From Prorocentrum cordatum (lineage: Eukaryota): a stretch of DNA of 64,000 nucleotides. Within the stretch, counting starts at the first letter, position 1. Each line of letters begins with the position of its first letter. The position numbers and the translations under genes are program-made. Shown here one piece after another: positions 1 to 13,559 of this stretch. A model generated the notes under the pieces. The model did no database searches and was not told where the DNA came from. It worked only from the letters and a program-made list of their open reading frames with translations. The stretch spans positions 434,001 through 498,000 of the forward strand of contig CAUYUJ010000237.1 of assembly GCA_963575745.1 (NCBI GenBank), in the 5' to 3' direction.

Positions 1-1280
1 CCGCTCGGTCGCAGTTCGCCTGGTCTTGACAGGCCCCCTGAGGGACCGCGAGGTCTGCGGCGGCCCCCCGACCTGAGGTCTGCCAAGGTCTCTGGATGCC
101 CCCGAAGGTTCCTGCGAGACGCCTGGCGGCCCTATATGTCCCCAGAGGCATCCAGAAGCCCAGACAGGGCCCAAAGCGCTCGAACACCTCGATCCTCGAC
201 CTGGCAACCTCGACGTTCTTCCCCCCTTCCTTCTCCGTGTCGGCTTCTGCAATGGAGAGAGAAGGAACCTTGCGAACGAAAGCAAGTGTGAGCGAGGGGT
301 GCCCCACGCGAAGACGGAGGTGTGCGTCCTTCATCGCTTCAAGGAAGGGCCGCCTCGCCTCCCTGGAGGCATCGCTGTCCCGACCAGTTCGTCTTGGGGA
401 AATCCGCCTCCTCGATCCTCGACCTTGCTCCTCCATCTTAGATCCAGTGTTTAGCATGCCCAGGCGCTCTGGCTTGTCCCAGGTTCCCTGGCGGGCACCG
501 CCCCTGTGGATACTGCCGTGCCTGGTGCCAGGCTTCACGACTGTGCTCACCATCGGTTCAGCGTCGTTGAGTGAGGCCTCTCCGATAGGGCACGGGCGTC
601 CGCGCTCATCCCACTGTCCCGCCACCACCTGTGTTCGGCGGTGGACGGCCTCGCCGCGCGACCCGATCCGCCAAGCCGCGCGACCCGATCCGACGGGCCG
701 CGGGGGCGACGCCGGCGGGGTGGACGCCCGCGCCGCCCTCGCGCTGCCCCCCGCCTCTCTCCCTTGAGCATCGCGCGCGGGGTGCGGCGCCTCGGACGCC
801 CTCGCCAGCGTCGACGCCGCGGCCCAAGGTCTCCCATGTCGATGCTTCTCGTTGGCGCTTCCCCAACGGGGCCTCTCGCCCCCGCGTGCGGGCGGGCGCC
901 GTGCGCGAGGCGCGCCGCGCTCGCCGGCCTCTGCGCGGCTGGGGAGGAGGCGGCCCAAGGCTCTGAAAGCGAGCACACGCAATTTCTCCGCCCCAGGCGC
1001 CCTCGAACGTTACGGGCCCGATCACGGGCGCTCCGAGGGTGATGCACGGGCGGGGGTCCCCCCCCCCGCTGGCGCGGGTCTCTCGGCCCCGAGCCGGGGC
1101 CGAGCTGTTCCGGGCTGCTCCTCCCGAGTCGTCTCTCGACGGTCCTTGGGCGAGTCGCTCGATTCTGGTGGGGGGTCTCGGCTGAGCGCCCGCGCCGGCT
1201 CCTCGCCGCCGCGGGCCCTGCGCTGGCGGCGAGCGCAGGGTGGGGTGGATTGGGGGCAACGGTCAAGGGGGATGGGCCTC

Positions 1281-1425
1281 AGGGGGCACGCATCGACCCC
1301 CTGGCGCCCATTGATCGCCGAAATGGGGCCCGCCAGCCCCACCCCGCCCAGGAGCGTGCGGGCGCGCTGTCGGTGGCCCATCGCCGGTCTATCGGCGATG
1401 CATCGCGGATTCCAGCTCGTGTTTC
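1281..1425. repeat. Dispersed repeat, copy 1 (homologous to about 62050-62195)
   Basis: Collinear blocks 'gcatcgac..', 'caccccgcccaggag', 'cgctgtcgg', 'atcgccg(g/a)tctatcggc..tgcatcgc(g/c)gattcc.gctcg' occur in the same order at both loci. Confidence 0.7.
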
Positions 1426-2869
1426 GCTCGTGGTTCCTCTCCTGGGCCAGTCCCCCCAGACGTTGCCAATCCGTCGGCGATGTACTGCAGATTCGAACCC
1501 GATGTTCCCCCACCCCTGAGCTGGTCCCTCCCTCAAGGGTGCCCCTCGGGGGCGGCCTTCTCAGAGGGCGGGGGGGGCTTCTCTCCAGGAGGCGAGAGTC
1601 AATCTTCGGCGGCTGCCCTGCAGACCAGGCGGGGCCTCTGGGAAATCCCCTGGCCTTCTGATGGGCTGCTGAGAAGGCCGCCCCTCCCCCCCGAGCCACC
1701 CCCCTGTGCGCGCCGCTGGCTCTCGGTGGAGGTCTCCGGGGGCATGCTGGCCATCGTGTGCAACATAGGCGCCGCCCGCCCCTGCCACGGCATGTCGGTG
1801 CCCGAGGACGGAGGTCTTTGGGGGTGTTCCTTCCGTTCGTGGCCCTTCTGCGGAGGCTCCTCGTCGCAACGGCCGGACCCACCTCGAGATTATGAGCGGA
1901 GCGCTCTTCGGAACGGTCCGGGGGATCGAGATTCGACACCCACACCCAGAGCCCCTCGCCTCCTCCTCCCCCTCCTGCTCTGTCGTCTCAGTCTTTCTCG
2001 TCCTCCTCCTCCTCCTCCTCCTCCTCCTCAGAGGTTCTCTCCGCCGGCGCACACTCCGTCATTTCAGGAAGTGGCGAAGCTGGTTGTCATCAAGCATGAC
2101 GTGGTTAAGCTGGGGCCTGATACCATGTTATGTCACGCGTGCTGTCGCAGTACTTCGGCCTAACTTGGCATGTTTTATCAGGTCGGTCCCCGTGCCACGA
2201 TACCGTGCTGGACAATTTGCGAGCTGAGGCTCAGATTGCAGAGCATGGTGCGCAGCCTTGTTTTCAGTTGGGCCCTGTCGATGCTGCTTTATATGCGGCG
2301 GATACCACAGACGTTGAGTTACGCGGTGACAGGTGTTGGCAGGGCACTACCACTACCGAAGGCGCTTGGAGTGGGTCTGAAGTCATCGAGCAGAACGGAC
2401 ATAGGCTTCGACGCGTTGTTGGGGCAGTTTTTTTGTGAGCGCCGTGTGTCATGGGCCAGTACTGGTCCGTCGCAGGCGCTGCATGGGCGATGCCTTGGCT
2501 TCCCATGTGAAGAAGGGCGCGCCTTCAAGTATATGTCTAATCTAACGGGGAGGCTTTGAAGTTTCTTGGCAGCAGGGTATCCAAAGACGAACAAGCCGCT
2601 GCAATGCATGCTCCTTGTTTTCGTCCTTGTTCGAGGGCCTCTTATTCCATGTTGGCGCTGTCTTTACTGGGAGTGTCGCCTTCATGTCTTGCCGCTCCAC
2701 TTCTACGCATTGCAGTTTTAGGCGGACAGGGTTTATCCACCGCTGGTTTGTGTTTTGGTACTCTGGCGTTGGCTATTGCTTCGACGACGTGGCCTCTCCT
2801 TGACCTGTCTTGGGTTGGTATCTTACGCGATCGTCCTGCTAAAGTGTTTGCTCCAGCAGGGTGTCTCAT

Positions 2870-3115
2870 CTGGCCCAGCCGCTGCTGGACCTGTTCGGCT
2901 GCCAGTCCAGGCTGGTACTGGGCTGGGGGGGAGCTCCCCTCGAGTCCAGCGGCGTTGGCGACCTCATGGGCTTCCTGCTCCTCGAGGTGCCCTGCGCCTT
3001 CTTTTCTTTCTGGCCGCTGCTGTTGGGCCTCTTCGGCTGCCAGTCCAGGCTGCTAGTGGACTGGGGGAGGTCCCCGCGAGTCCGGAGGTGTTTGGAGTGT
3101 CTTCTTCGGCTACCT
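2870..3115. repeat. Short tandem duplication, period about 138 bp
   Basis: 'ttcggctgccagtccaggctg' at 2894 and 3032, with similar downstream sequence ('ctgggg..cccc.cgagtcc'). Confidence 0.7.
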
Positions 3116-3516
3116 GCTCCTCTTCACGGCCTCCTAGGAGGTCTGAGGCTTGCCAGCCCGCCCCCGCCGCCTGCTGTCGGTCCTCAGACGGCAGTGCTCA
3201 GCCTCGTGCCTCGTGCCTCCTCTTCCTCCTCCTCTTCCGCCCCCTCTCGTCATCTGTTCCTGTGCCACGTTCAACAGATGCGCCCTATGTTTTGGTTTGG
3301 CTGATGGTCTGTGGGTAGGGGGAGGGTGACAGAGTTTTTTCCCAACCATCCTGTGGTGTTGGGTCCTCGTTTTGAAGAGACAGCGCCCCGCTTTCTCCCG
3401 CCTCCTTCCCCCCGCCCCACCCCCATCCTCCCTCTTCTCACCCTTGCCTCTGCTCTCATTCCCCTTTACGCGAAGGACACCCCTCCTTTCGCCCCCCCTC
3501 CTGTCCCGCTCCTCTC

Positions 3517-4695
3517 ACACCCCTCGCACGGTTCGTGGCCCCATAAGGAGCACCACCGAAGGCCCCAGTGGCAGAGTTCACATGCGCTCACCCCGCCCGC
3601 CGCGCGTCCATTTCAGCACGCCCCTTACGCTGTTCGCGGCCCCATAGGGAGCTCCACCGAAGGCCCCAGTGACAAAGTCCACATGCGTCCACCCCGCCCG
3701 CTGCATGTCAATTTCGGCACACCTCCCAAACGGTTCGTGGCCCCAAAGGGAGCTCCACCGAACGCCCCAGTGGCAATGTCCACATGCGCCCACCCCGCCC
3801 ACCGCATGTCTATTTCGGTTACCCCCTCACACGGTGTGTGGCCCCACAGGGAGCTCCACCGAAGGCCCCAGAGGCAGAGCTCACACGCGCCAGCCCCGCC
3901 CGCCGCACTTCCATTTTGACACGCCCCTCACGCGGTTCGCGGCCCAATAGGGAACTCCACCGAAGGCCGTATAGGCAAAGTCCATATGCGCCTTCCCGCC
4001 CGCCGCACGTCCATCTCAGCACACCCCTCACACGGTGCGTGTCCCCATAGGGAGCTCCACCGGAGCCCCAGAGGCAGAGTCCATATGCGCCCACCCCGCC
4101 CACCGCATGCCCATCTCGGCACACCCCTCTCACGGTTCGTGGCCCCATAGGGAGCTCCGCCGAAGGACCCAGTGGCAGAGTTCTTGTGCGCCCACCCCGC
4201 CCGCCGCATGTCCAATATGGCACACCCCTCGCACGATTCGTGGTTCCATAGGGAGTTCCACCGAAATTCCCAGTGGCAGAGTTCTTGTGCGCCCACCCCG
4301 CCCGCCGCACGTCCACGTCGGCACGCCCCTCATACGGCTCGTGGTCGCATAGGAAACTCCGCCGAAGGCCCCAGTGGCGCTACCCCGCCCGCCGCATGTC
4401 AGTTTTGGCACAACCCTCGTCCGGTTCGTGGCCCCATAGAGAGCTCCACCGAAGGGCCCAGTGGCAGAGTTCACCTGCGCCCGCCCCGCCCCGCCGCATG
4501 TCCATTTCGGCACACCCTTCACACGGTTCGTGGCCCCAAAGGGAGCTCCACCGAAGGCCCCAGCGGCAGAGTTCACATGCGCCCGCCTCTCCCGCCGCAT
4601 GTGTAATTCGGCGCACCCTTCACACGGTTCGCGGCCCCAGAGGGAGTTCCACCGAAGGCCCCAGTGGCAGAGTTCACATGCGTCCATCCCGCATG
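3517..4695 (+). repeat. Satellite, about 101-bp unit, about 12 diverged copies
   Basis: Anchor 'ccgaaggcccc' recurs at about 3558, 3659, 3760, 3861, 3962, 4062, 4162, 4263, 4364, 4451 (shortened unit), 4553 and 4654. Confidence 0.95.
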
Positions 4696-4755
4696 TCTTC
4701 TGTCTTCCTCCCCCTTCCGCGGCCCACTTGGGCTCACGTTTCCTCTCGGGCCCTT
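4696..4755 (+). repeat. Partial unit of the 355-bp satellite, left flank of the DIRS-like element
   Basis: 'tcttctgtctt..cgcggcccacttgggctca.gtttcc.ctcgggccctt' matches 33471-33539 and the corresponding part of the next unit. Confidence 0.8.
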
Positions 4756-5396
4756 GAGCAGGGCACGCGCGTGGGGGTGCGCGCGCGCCCCCCGGCAAGG
4801 GGCCGCACAGGCCCGCTAGCCAGCGGCCACCACGCCGCGGGCGCATGGTTCCCAGAGCCGCCTGACGTCTCCCTGCGGCGGCCTGGGCGGGAATGATGGC
4901 GCTGCTGCCGATGATCATCGGTGCGGTGGCAGCCGCCGAGATCGGCCGCAGGTGGCGAGGGCAGCCAGCGACGCCCGCGCTGCCACCTGCGGCCCGTGAC
5001 GAGGGAGGAGGTCCACCCGGCGAGGCCGAGGCGGACGGTGGGAGGGCATACCTTCCTTTGTTGCGGGCGCTGGGGGAGGCCCAGCGGCGTCGCAGCACGG
5101 CGGCGGCGACGCAGGAGCCGCAGCGCCATCCGTCTCCGTCGGCGAAGCCCGTGGTGGCCGCTGCCCGCAAGGTGCGAGCACCTCCGTCGGGGCCTGTAGC
5201 GGGCAAGCCGGCGGGAGGCAAGGGGCGGCAGTCGCCCCCGGCGGCGGCGGCAGCGGCCGCCCCGCAGCGGGCCGCGCCGCCTGAGCCTCAGGGTGAGAGG
5301 GGCGAGGGGCTCAGGCGGCGTGGGAGTGGCTGGCGGGGTGGAGGCCCCGCGAGGCGCGAGGCGGCAGAGGCGGCCGCTTCGGCAGGGCCACGCGCT

Positions 5397-5405
5397 GAGG
5401 AGGAG

Positions 5406-5477
<72 letters not shown>

Positions 5478-5540
5478 GAGGAGGAGGAGGAGGAGGAGGA
5501 GGAGGAGGAGGAGGAGGAGGAGTTGCAGGAGGAGGAGGAC
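5397..5540. repeat. (GAGGAC)n/(GAG)n microsatellite
   Basis: Read directly from the sequence. Confidence 0.95.
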
Positions 5541-5649
5541 GAATGGCGCGGGTGGTTCAGCTTCGGCAGCATCAGGTTGGCGCCAGCTGGCTGGGAGGAT
5601 GGATCACGGACCCGCCGACGCCAGAGATCCAGTGGTCGGACTTGATGTG

Positions 5650-8600
5650 GAGCGGAGGAGGCCTCGTCGGCAGCGGCTGAACACCCTGGCTACACGGCTT
5701 TCGGGTCGGGCTGGCCGATGCGGTGCTGGACTACCTTCGCGGGCTTGGTGATGGCGCTGGTGATCGGCCTCGGATACGGGCTGCATTCCATAGCCTCGGC
5801 GATCGACATGTTGGTTTGTGCTCTACTGTGGTGCATCGGCCGAGCTTTGGGTGTCCGAGCTACGGGGGCCGGCGACCGCGACGCCAGTGGAGAACGACTT
5901 CGACGCCCAGTTGCGCGCCAAGGGGGTCGACAAGATGCCGCGCCACCTCATCATCATGGAAGGAGACGCGGCGGCCAGGTTGGAGATGCCAGCGCTGATC
6001 ACTGGCATCAAGTACAAGAAGGCCAGGGTCGCATGGCCCTGCAAGGAGGTGTTCGCGACAACGTCGAGAAGGCTGTGCGACCTTTTGGAGGGCTCTCAGG
6101 ACAAGAAGGCGCACTTTTGCCGAGACTCGCCCTGCCTGGGCGACGGCAGTTACGCGGCGCGCGCCCCGGCCTTCGGTTATGTGGCGGCGGGCACGGACGC
6201 CAACCTCGACGCCCCGGTGACGGCCCCGCCAAATCCCTGCTGGGCGGGCAGAGCTGCGGGCACTGCGGCGTCCACGTGTGCCCGAGGGTGTGCTGCAGTG
6301 GAGCTGAAGGGCTGTGCCAAGCTGTGCGGGGCCCTCACGCGGCGTGGGCAGAGGGGCTGCCAGCGTGGACGGCGGAAGGGGATCGGACCCACCAGCGGCG
6401 CTGCGGAAGGGCCCGAATTCGGAGACCGAGTCGGAGCCGGAGTACCAGCGCTGCATGGCCCACGACATGCAATACCAGGAAGTGAACACGATCTTCCAGC
6501 TCAGCAAGGAAAAGTGTCGCGATCGAGCACGGGGCGAACCCATCCGCTTGGTGACAAAGGATGGCGAGAAGTCGAACATCAAGGGCTCGGAGAAGGTGGT
6601 CACCCTGCGCTGGCAACACATCAACACCTACCAGCGGGAAAGGACCTCGAGGAAGTGTGCCCATCTCGGTTGCCGCGCACGGGGTCGAGTCATGAGCTGC
6701 GGGGTCCTGGCGTGCCTCGAGCATGACCTGGCAGCGCCAGCTCCCGCCCGACCTGCGCCCGCTCCTGACGGCCCGGCGGCAGTGGCAGTTGGCGCCCCGC
6801 CAGGGCGACGCTTCGAAGTCACGGTCGCACCCGCCGCCGGGAGCGCGGACTGCTCAGCGGGTGGCTACGCCCACAGGGGCGTGGCTGACGGCCATGGTGA
6901 GGGGGCCGCGGGGCACGGACATGGCCAGCAAGTACGACTCCTACGTGTGTCAGCAGGTCAGAGAGGAGGAAGGCTGGACTACCTACCGCATCCCGCGCAT
7001 CGACGCGGAGGCCAAGGTCCCCGCTGACCTGGGACCAGCGGTGGACGACTGGGTTTGGGGGGTAGCGATTGCCGCGGGGGCCCCCGCGATCATCCAGCGC
7101 GCGGGCACGCTGATCCCCGACGGCATGGACGAGCGCGGCAAGACGGCGAGTCCGGTGGCCATCGCACTGGCCAGAGGGGGCGCAGGACGCGAGGATCGCC
7201 CACTGTGCGTCCTGCGGCGAGGAGTCGAGGAGGCAGAGGCGGCGCATATTGAGGAGCCGGGACGAGGGCCGTCGATGCAAGGCCCGCCGGCCTCCCCCCG
7301 CAACCGCCCTGGCGAGATACGATAACCCGAGAAGAGCTGGGCGGGCTGGCGAGCAGTGCTGCCCGTGACCGTTGGAGGCATCGCGGCGAGGGCGCGCTGG
7401 CCCGAGATTTCTTGAAGTCTCGGGCAAGCGGCGGAGACCACCCGCTGGGCGTGGCTGGGCGGCACCAGCGCAATGAGGGCTTCGACGACCTGGGAGACGC
7501 ACGCGACGCCATAGTGGAGTCACTCGAGGCACTGGAGCGCGACCAGGGGTCGTTCATGACGGACGAGGAGGTGGACAACTTACGGCAGCTGGCAGAGGTA
7601 CTTCGCGAGAGGCGAGGGCCCAGCCAGGCTCACGAGGAGGAGGTCGAGGGAGGAGCTTGGCGCGAGGGAATGGCACGCATGGTTCCTGGTGCCCCGCGGC
7701 CAGGGGCCGCGCTGGCCCCTCGCTCGGGGACGGTGGAGTCGCCGCCAGGGCCTGGCAGGATGCCAGAGCCGCCCAGGGCGCGGGGAGGTGAGAGGAGCGG
7801 CTCGAGCGAGTGGAGGCCGAAGCCGAGGGCCACCGACCTCGCAGCATCGGGCGCGGACCTGAGGGGCGCCACCGCGCGGGCTGCGCTTGGGCGCGGACCG
7901 CCGTCAGGACGACCCCGAGTGGATCCCGCCCCACCGCCCATGAGTTTGCGCGAGAACAGGTCTGGGCCGACGTTCGGAGTCCCTGCGCGGCGAGCGAGGG
8001 TGAGCTTCGACGCGGAGGAGCGCGGCCCGTCCGAGAAGGTCAGGGGATCGGCGGGTGCTCTCGGGGACCTGGACACTTCCGACAGCGGCGGCATGGCGAG
8101 CGCGATGGCGGGCATCGCGTACAACCTCGATATGTCGAACAAGCGGCCGGAGGATACTGCAGCTGGGAAGATGGGCACGCTCCAGTCCATCACCAAAGAC
8201 TACGAGCTGCTGGTGCTGGCGGCGCGCGGCTGCGGGAGGTTTCGGGTAGCGGTCGGCCCGGGCGAGCTGGGCCGCCCGCTGGTGAAGGCGCTCCTGCGGA
8301 TGGCGGAGCATTCCTCGGCGCTGTTCAGGCACCGCCGTTGGCCGACCCTGATCATTTACCGGATCGCATTCTCGATTGCCACGGGGTCGTGGGGCGGCGA
8401 GGCGGTGGGGTCGATGGCAGCCCATTCTTATGGAGTGGCCGATTGGGTAACGTGTCCTGAGGAGCTGTTCGACGACTGCGCGCCGACGACGGAGTGCAAG
8501 ATCGAGCCCCGCCCGAAGCAGCCGATGGGCATGTGGGCGCGCCAAGCCCGCAACGGGATCTAGGCCGCGCGTCTGTCGCACGGCGCCGAACATTGGGACG

Positions 8601-9350
8601 GCCGGGGCGAAGCGCTGGACTACCTCATCCGGCACCGCGAGGCCAAGTCGCGGAAGTGCGCCGCCCGCTTCCTCCAGGACGCGCGGGAGGAGCTGAATGC
8701 GAGTTGGCGGGGGGAGCTGCGCTGGAAGGTCAAGAGTCTGCAACGCAGAGATCGTGCGCCAGGAGGACTTCGTGTTTGCGGCGCGGGCGCCCACGCCTGA
8801 GGGGCCCCCGCTCCTCACACCGCCGGCGGCGTTTGAAGTTGAGGACCCCGAAGGGCACTATCAGACGACGATCTTCGACCGGTTGGCCCAGACAGCCGAC
8901 GACGCCCACTGGGGGAACGCACGACGCGCCCAGCTGCGGCCTTTGCGGCCCGGGGCGCGGAAGGAAGCGGGGGGGCAGGCCCCCGCGGGCGCGCTTCCAC
9001 AGAGTCCCTTGGGCGGCGGCGGCGGCGGCGGCGGCAAGGGCTGAGCATTGTCGGGGGGCGGCGGGGCTGGAGGCAACAAGGCCGGTGGCGGCAAGGTCAA
9101 GCTTCCGCGGGGGGCCCTGGCAGCGCTGACGGGCCCAGAGGTCACGGAGTCCGTTGAGCATGGCCCCAACGACTCCAAGGGGAAGCCCAAGTGCTGGGAT
9201 GCGGCTTGTCACGACGGGCGGTCGAAGACGGCGACTACCTGCCGGAGGTCCCACGCAGAGGGGATCAAGAGTGCCGAGATCTGGACGCCCGCGATGGCCA
9301 CGGAAAGAATGGGTACAACGCCCAACAGCAGTTCCTGTCCACTTTGAACG
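5650..9350 (+). pseudogene. ORF1/gag-like region of the DIRS-like element, frameshifted, with Cys/His clusters
   Basis: Coding-like fragments in alternating frames (5818-, 6314-, 6723-, 7412-8563, 8697-9044, 9048-9347). The last has a zinc-finger-like 'KPKCWDAACHDGRSKTATTCRRSH'. The assignment rests on position upstream of RT. Confidence 0.5.
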
Positions 9351-11039
9351 GGACTCGCCGTCCGCGCAGCCGCGGCCTGCGTCCGTTTTAGACAGAAGAC
9401 CGCTTGCCCAACAGCGGCCGCTGTTGGTTTGGGACAACATTTGCTGCTGGGGCATTGCGCCCATTCTTTCCGTGCCCATTTCGGGCGCCCCAACGAGAAG
9501 GCCCATTTAACGGTGAAGGCGCAGTGCATCAAGCGCGTCGGCTCGAGGATTGGCCCGAGGTGAAGGTCGAGGATCGGCTAGCGAAGATCAGGCAGCTTCG
9601 AGCCGACGCCCAGAAGGAGCAGGCCGCGAAGGTGCAGGAGGGCAAGGACCAGGCTGCCCAGCGCGGCGGCCGCCGCGGCGCCGGGCTGCCCCACGCAAGT
9701 TCGACCGCGCCCTGGGGGCAGGAGGCGGCAGCGGCGCCCCCGCAGGAGTGCACGGACAAGGAGTGCACCACCAAGGAGCGCGAGTTGCAGGGGCTGGCGC
9801 AGGGGGCTGACGCGGGTTGTATGCGGGATTTCGGGACGCAGGAGGCGACCCCAGCGAGTTGCCGCGCGACGTGCCAGAGGTTGCGAAGGCGCACTTGGCC
9901 ATGGCAACACACGTCCGGAACTCCCCCGAGGCGAAGTTGGTCGCAGGAGCTCCGAACCGCCTGCGCTCTTATTGTCACGGACGGCTGCTGGACGGGTACC
10001 TCGGCGGCCGGGCCATTACCATCGAGGAGATCCTGCAATGCGAAGTCGAGCTCGGGGGCGAGGAGCTGGCGGGCCAGGCACGCCCGTTCCTGGAGTCGCG
10101 GGTCGAGCGGGTCGGCGGGGAGCTGGGGGGCCCTGAGGTCCACGTGGGAAAGACCGTCTGGGGATCGGCCGAGGAGCCCGGTCGAGGCCGGGCTCGCATC
10201 AAGGGGCGCATCTGGGGCGTCAGCGACAACCGGGATCGGCTGGCGGCGTCGGGGGAGTTGGCAGGCTGCCTCCCCGAGTGTCAGGTAGGCGAGGCTGAGG
10301 AGAGGCTGTGTGTGTGTGTGTGTTCATCAACACGGCGGCGGCGCACCTCGGGTCGATTGGCGACGGGAGCCCTTCGGCGCCGGCGGTGGTGGAGCTGGCC
10401 CAGCTCTGTAGGTTCGCCACGTGGGAGGAGGCGAAGCAGGCGGAGACCTTCATGGGGCCTCCTGACGCCTACATCCCCGTCACGGAGTCAGACGCGCGGA
10501 TGTTTTGCCGCGACGCGCTGCACGTCGACCATGACAAGGGCTGCAGGATGTTGGCAGCCTTCCCCCCGCCAGCGTTGAGCAAGACGGCTGCCCACGTGGC
10601 GCGGATCGACCCCTGGGGCCAGGCGCACCTGGAGGTCATCGTGGGTGAGAAGTATGTCCCGCGGTCCAGCGGCCGAGACGTGTGGATGCTGCCCTACAAG
10701 GGGCACCTGCAGGTCTTGGCGCCGCCCGACGTGGATTCGGACACGCTGCGCGGAGACTTCGCGGGCGGACACCCTCCGCGCGAGGTCGCGGCAGCTGGCC
10801 GGGCCGTCCACCTGGGCGACGCAGCTCGGAAGGATGCGAGGGCCCCGGGCGATGTCGCAACGCGGTGCCCGAGGCGTCGCGCGGCTCGCGAGGCCGGGCG
10901 GGGGCGGAAGGCAGGAGAGCAGGACATCCGCGGCGAGGGCCCGAGGTGGAGGATCCCGGGCAACTGGGGCAACCCAGCCTGGAGGAGGTGCGAGCGCCAT
11001 GGGCAGGCCGCGGGAGGTGCGAGGCCACGCAGGAAGCGT

Positions 11040-11740
11040 CGAGCCCCCACCGCGAAGGAGGTCTGGGCGGGAACTTCGGGCTGGACAGATGCACTCCGTG
11101 AGGCGGGCGTGGAGGTAGGCCGGGCAGTTGAGTTGCGCGCCGACCCGGAGCACGGAAAAAGGGTGCGCAGGAGGAGCACGACACCAGGAGGAAGGAGGTG
11201 CAGGGGGGCTTGCTGGAGGAGGCTCACACGCGCGCTTACCTGCCGTGGTGTTTGGGCTTCGAGTGCCGTACGTTTTGCCCGCGGGTGTTGCGCAATGGGG
11301 GCGCGCGGACTTCCGAGGCGCCGGCATGTCGCCCCGACGGGCCCCAGTGGGAAATGGAGGGCACGGCCATGGCCAACTTTGCGGGCCGCCTGTTCGAGAC
11401 CATCGCCGACGCGGGGGCGTTGCCGACGGCGGAGCACCCAGCTCCCGACGGCTGGTACCCCAAGGCGTGCGACCTGGATCGGTGGCGCAACACATTGCGG
11501 CGAAAGGCAGTCTTAGTGGTCCCCACAGGATGGGGGCGACGACGCAGAGCGCTACCGCAAGAGGTCATGGCTCGTCACCTGCGCCCGCCATCTGCAGGAG
11601 GCGGCCCGCAGGTGTTCGCAGCAGCACACGCATGTCGAGCTCAAGGGAGTCGACGCAGTCACCAAGAACAAGCGCACGGAGGACGCGGGGCGGTGCCCGA
11701 AGCAGCTGCTGCACGCCATCACCCAGGCCATGCTTCGAGA
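11040..11740 (+). pseudogene. C5 cytosine DNA methyltransferase-like domain, frameshifted
   Basis: Motif I-like 'KEVWAGTSGWTDALREAG', motif IV-like 'WCLGFECRTF', motif VI-like 'TAEHP', then 'RYRKRSWL' and 'CSQQHTHVELKG..RTEDAGRCP' in the expected order. Confidence 0.65.
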
Positions 11741-12229
11741 GGCCCTGGAGCTGGGGGCCACTTTGGCCACGAGGGGGGGGGGGGGGGGGGCACCGTCAAC
11801 TTGTTCGGCGTGCTCTTCGACTCCGGCTGCGGCAGGCCCCCTCGTTGCGATTTCGAGGTCGACGCCGGATGGGCCCCTGCTTGTTGATTCGACGATTTCA
11901 CGGGCGTGGACGGTGGCGGGGCACTTTCGGGAGGAGGATGCTGAGCAGGACGAGGAGGAGAGTTGTGGCCGACCGTGCTCGACAGGGCTGCAGACATCCC
12001 CTTCCCCGTTCGGCGAGGCGCCCGACTTCGATCAGCCTGGGGCGGTCTACGCGAGCGAGTCGGAGGAGCGGCCCTGGGGGGCGGCGGCGAAGCCGCCGGG
12101 ATCTGGGCAGCGGCGCAGGCAGAGCCGTCGTACAGCGACGCGGCGTTCGGGTGCATCATCATGCGGGGCTCGGGTCTGCTGGGCGCGCACGGGGGCTGGC
12201 AGGAGGCTTCCACGGAGCTGCGGGGGGCC

Positions 12230-13320
12230 TGGAGGCAGGCGCACGGCGACCACTTCAAGGGCGTCCGCGACGGGTGCCTGGAGGGCAAGGTGGAGCCTGA
12301 GCTCCTGGCCTACCTGAGACGAGTCGCGACGCACGGGGTCGAGGTCAGGCACGAGGGCGAGACTGCGCGGGCCAGGGCAAAGCCGCACCAGTCGGCGGCG
12401 CAGCACCAGGAGGAGGCGAGGCGCAAGATCTGGGACGACATCGTCAATGGTCGGGCGTGGGCGGCCCCTTCCAGCCACCCAGGATTGAGCCACCCGGGAT
12501 TGGAATGGGTCATGGAGTCTCCGCAGGGCCGCGCGCCAAAGACGCGGCCAGACCGCGCGCTGGCGGACGAGGCCAGATTCATCATGACATGCGGGACGCC
12601 AGCCAGGGCTGTGACAAGCTGAACCATCCACCGGCCAAGTTGCCGACGCACAGAGAGATCGCCAGGGCGATCCTGTGGTGGAGGTGCAGGTGCCCGAAGG
12701 TCCGGATCTACTTGGCGAAGCGCGTTTTCCAGGCTGCTTTCAATGTGCTGTGGGTGGAGCTGCCCGGTCTCCGGATCATGGCGGTGAGCCTCCAGGGCCT
12801 CGCCGGCGCGGGGCCGACGACGGTCCTCTACCTCGCGATGGTGTTCGGGCGGGCGGGCGCGCCGGGTGAGTGGGCGGTGCGGGGGCGTGGTGTGCAGGAT
12901 GCGCACCGGGCCCATTGTCCACCAGCGGCAAAACTTCACGACGAGGTCGCCTACTCTTCGGAAGTGCTGGTTGGCGGTGGCGCATATTAGTGGAGCCATC
13001 ACTGGGCGCGCGGCCGCGGCGTTCGGCCTGGGCGTTCGACGCCGTGCCGAAGCTGCTGCTAGGCGACAGCTCGATCAACCTCGAGACGTTGACCGAGGAG
13101 GGGAGTTCAGCACGGAGAACCTCATCTGGGGGGCTGTTCTTCAATTTGGAAGACGCTGAGTGGCAGGGGGTCGACCGCGCCACGCTCCAGGAGCCCATGA
13201 TCCAGAAGATGAGCTACCTACCCCAGGAGGCGGAGCTCGAGCCGAGCAGCGCGTGGCTCGGCTGAAGACGGCGCAGCGGCTCAGGGGCTTGGGCGGTCAC
13301 TTCGCGGCCACGAACTAGGC
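12230..13320 (+). pseudogene. DIRS-type reverse transcriptase, inactivated
   Basis: 'MESPQGRAPK', 'HPPAKLPTH', 'LAKRVFQAAF' (D..AF motif), 'LAMVFGRAGAPGEW' (FGW..SP motif) and 'VLVGGG' at the xxDD position (12967-12981). Confidence 0.75.
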
Positions 13321-13559
13321 GGTAGGCATGGGGCCGGGGGCCTCGGACGCGCTGATGCGCCAGCCGGACGGGCCGACCGCGAGGGCGACGCCAAGGGGCG
13401 AAGCGGAGGAGCAGGAGGTAGCATGGCAGGAGTTCTGGGACTGTTGCGACTTGCTGCGCGTCGTGGTGGCCAGGCCAGAGACTTGGGGCACCACGTTCCT
13501 CACCTCCTTCGCGGGCATGCTGAAGCCCAGGGAGCGGCTGTCCATGCCAGGCACCATGG

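Noticed and set aside
551..613. Minus-strand exon (AG..GTGAG, WDERGRPCPIGEASLNDAEPM)
   Set aside because: Only splice-like dinucleotides support it; no recognisable homology.
2050..2860. Gene in the lower-GC segment
   Set aside because: Only short ORFs, and no motif I can identify.
3517..4695. CRISPR array or repeat-protein gene in the 101-bp satellite
   Set aside because: Whole units are homologous, and the period is not a multiple of 3.
4893..5645. 250-aa acidic protein gene
   Set aside because: The acidic tract is a microsatellite and the rest is low complexity. At most it is the 5' part of the DIRS-like element.
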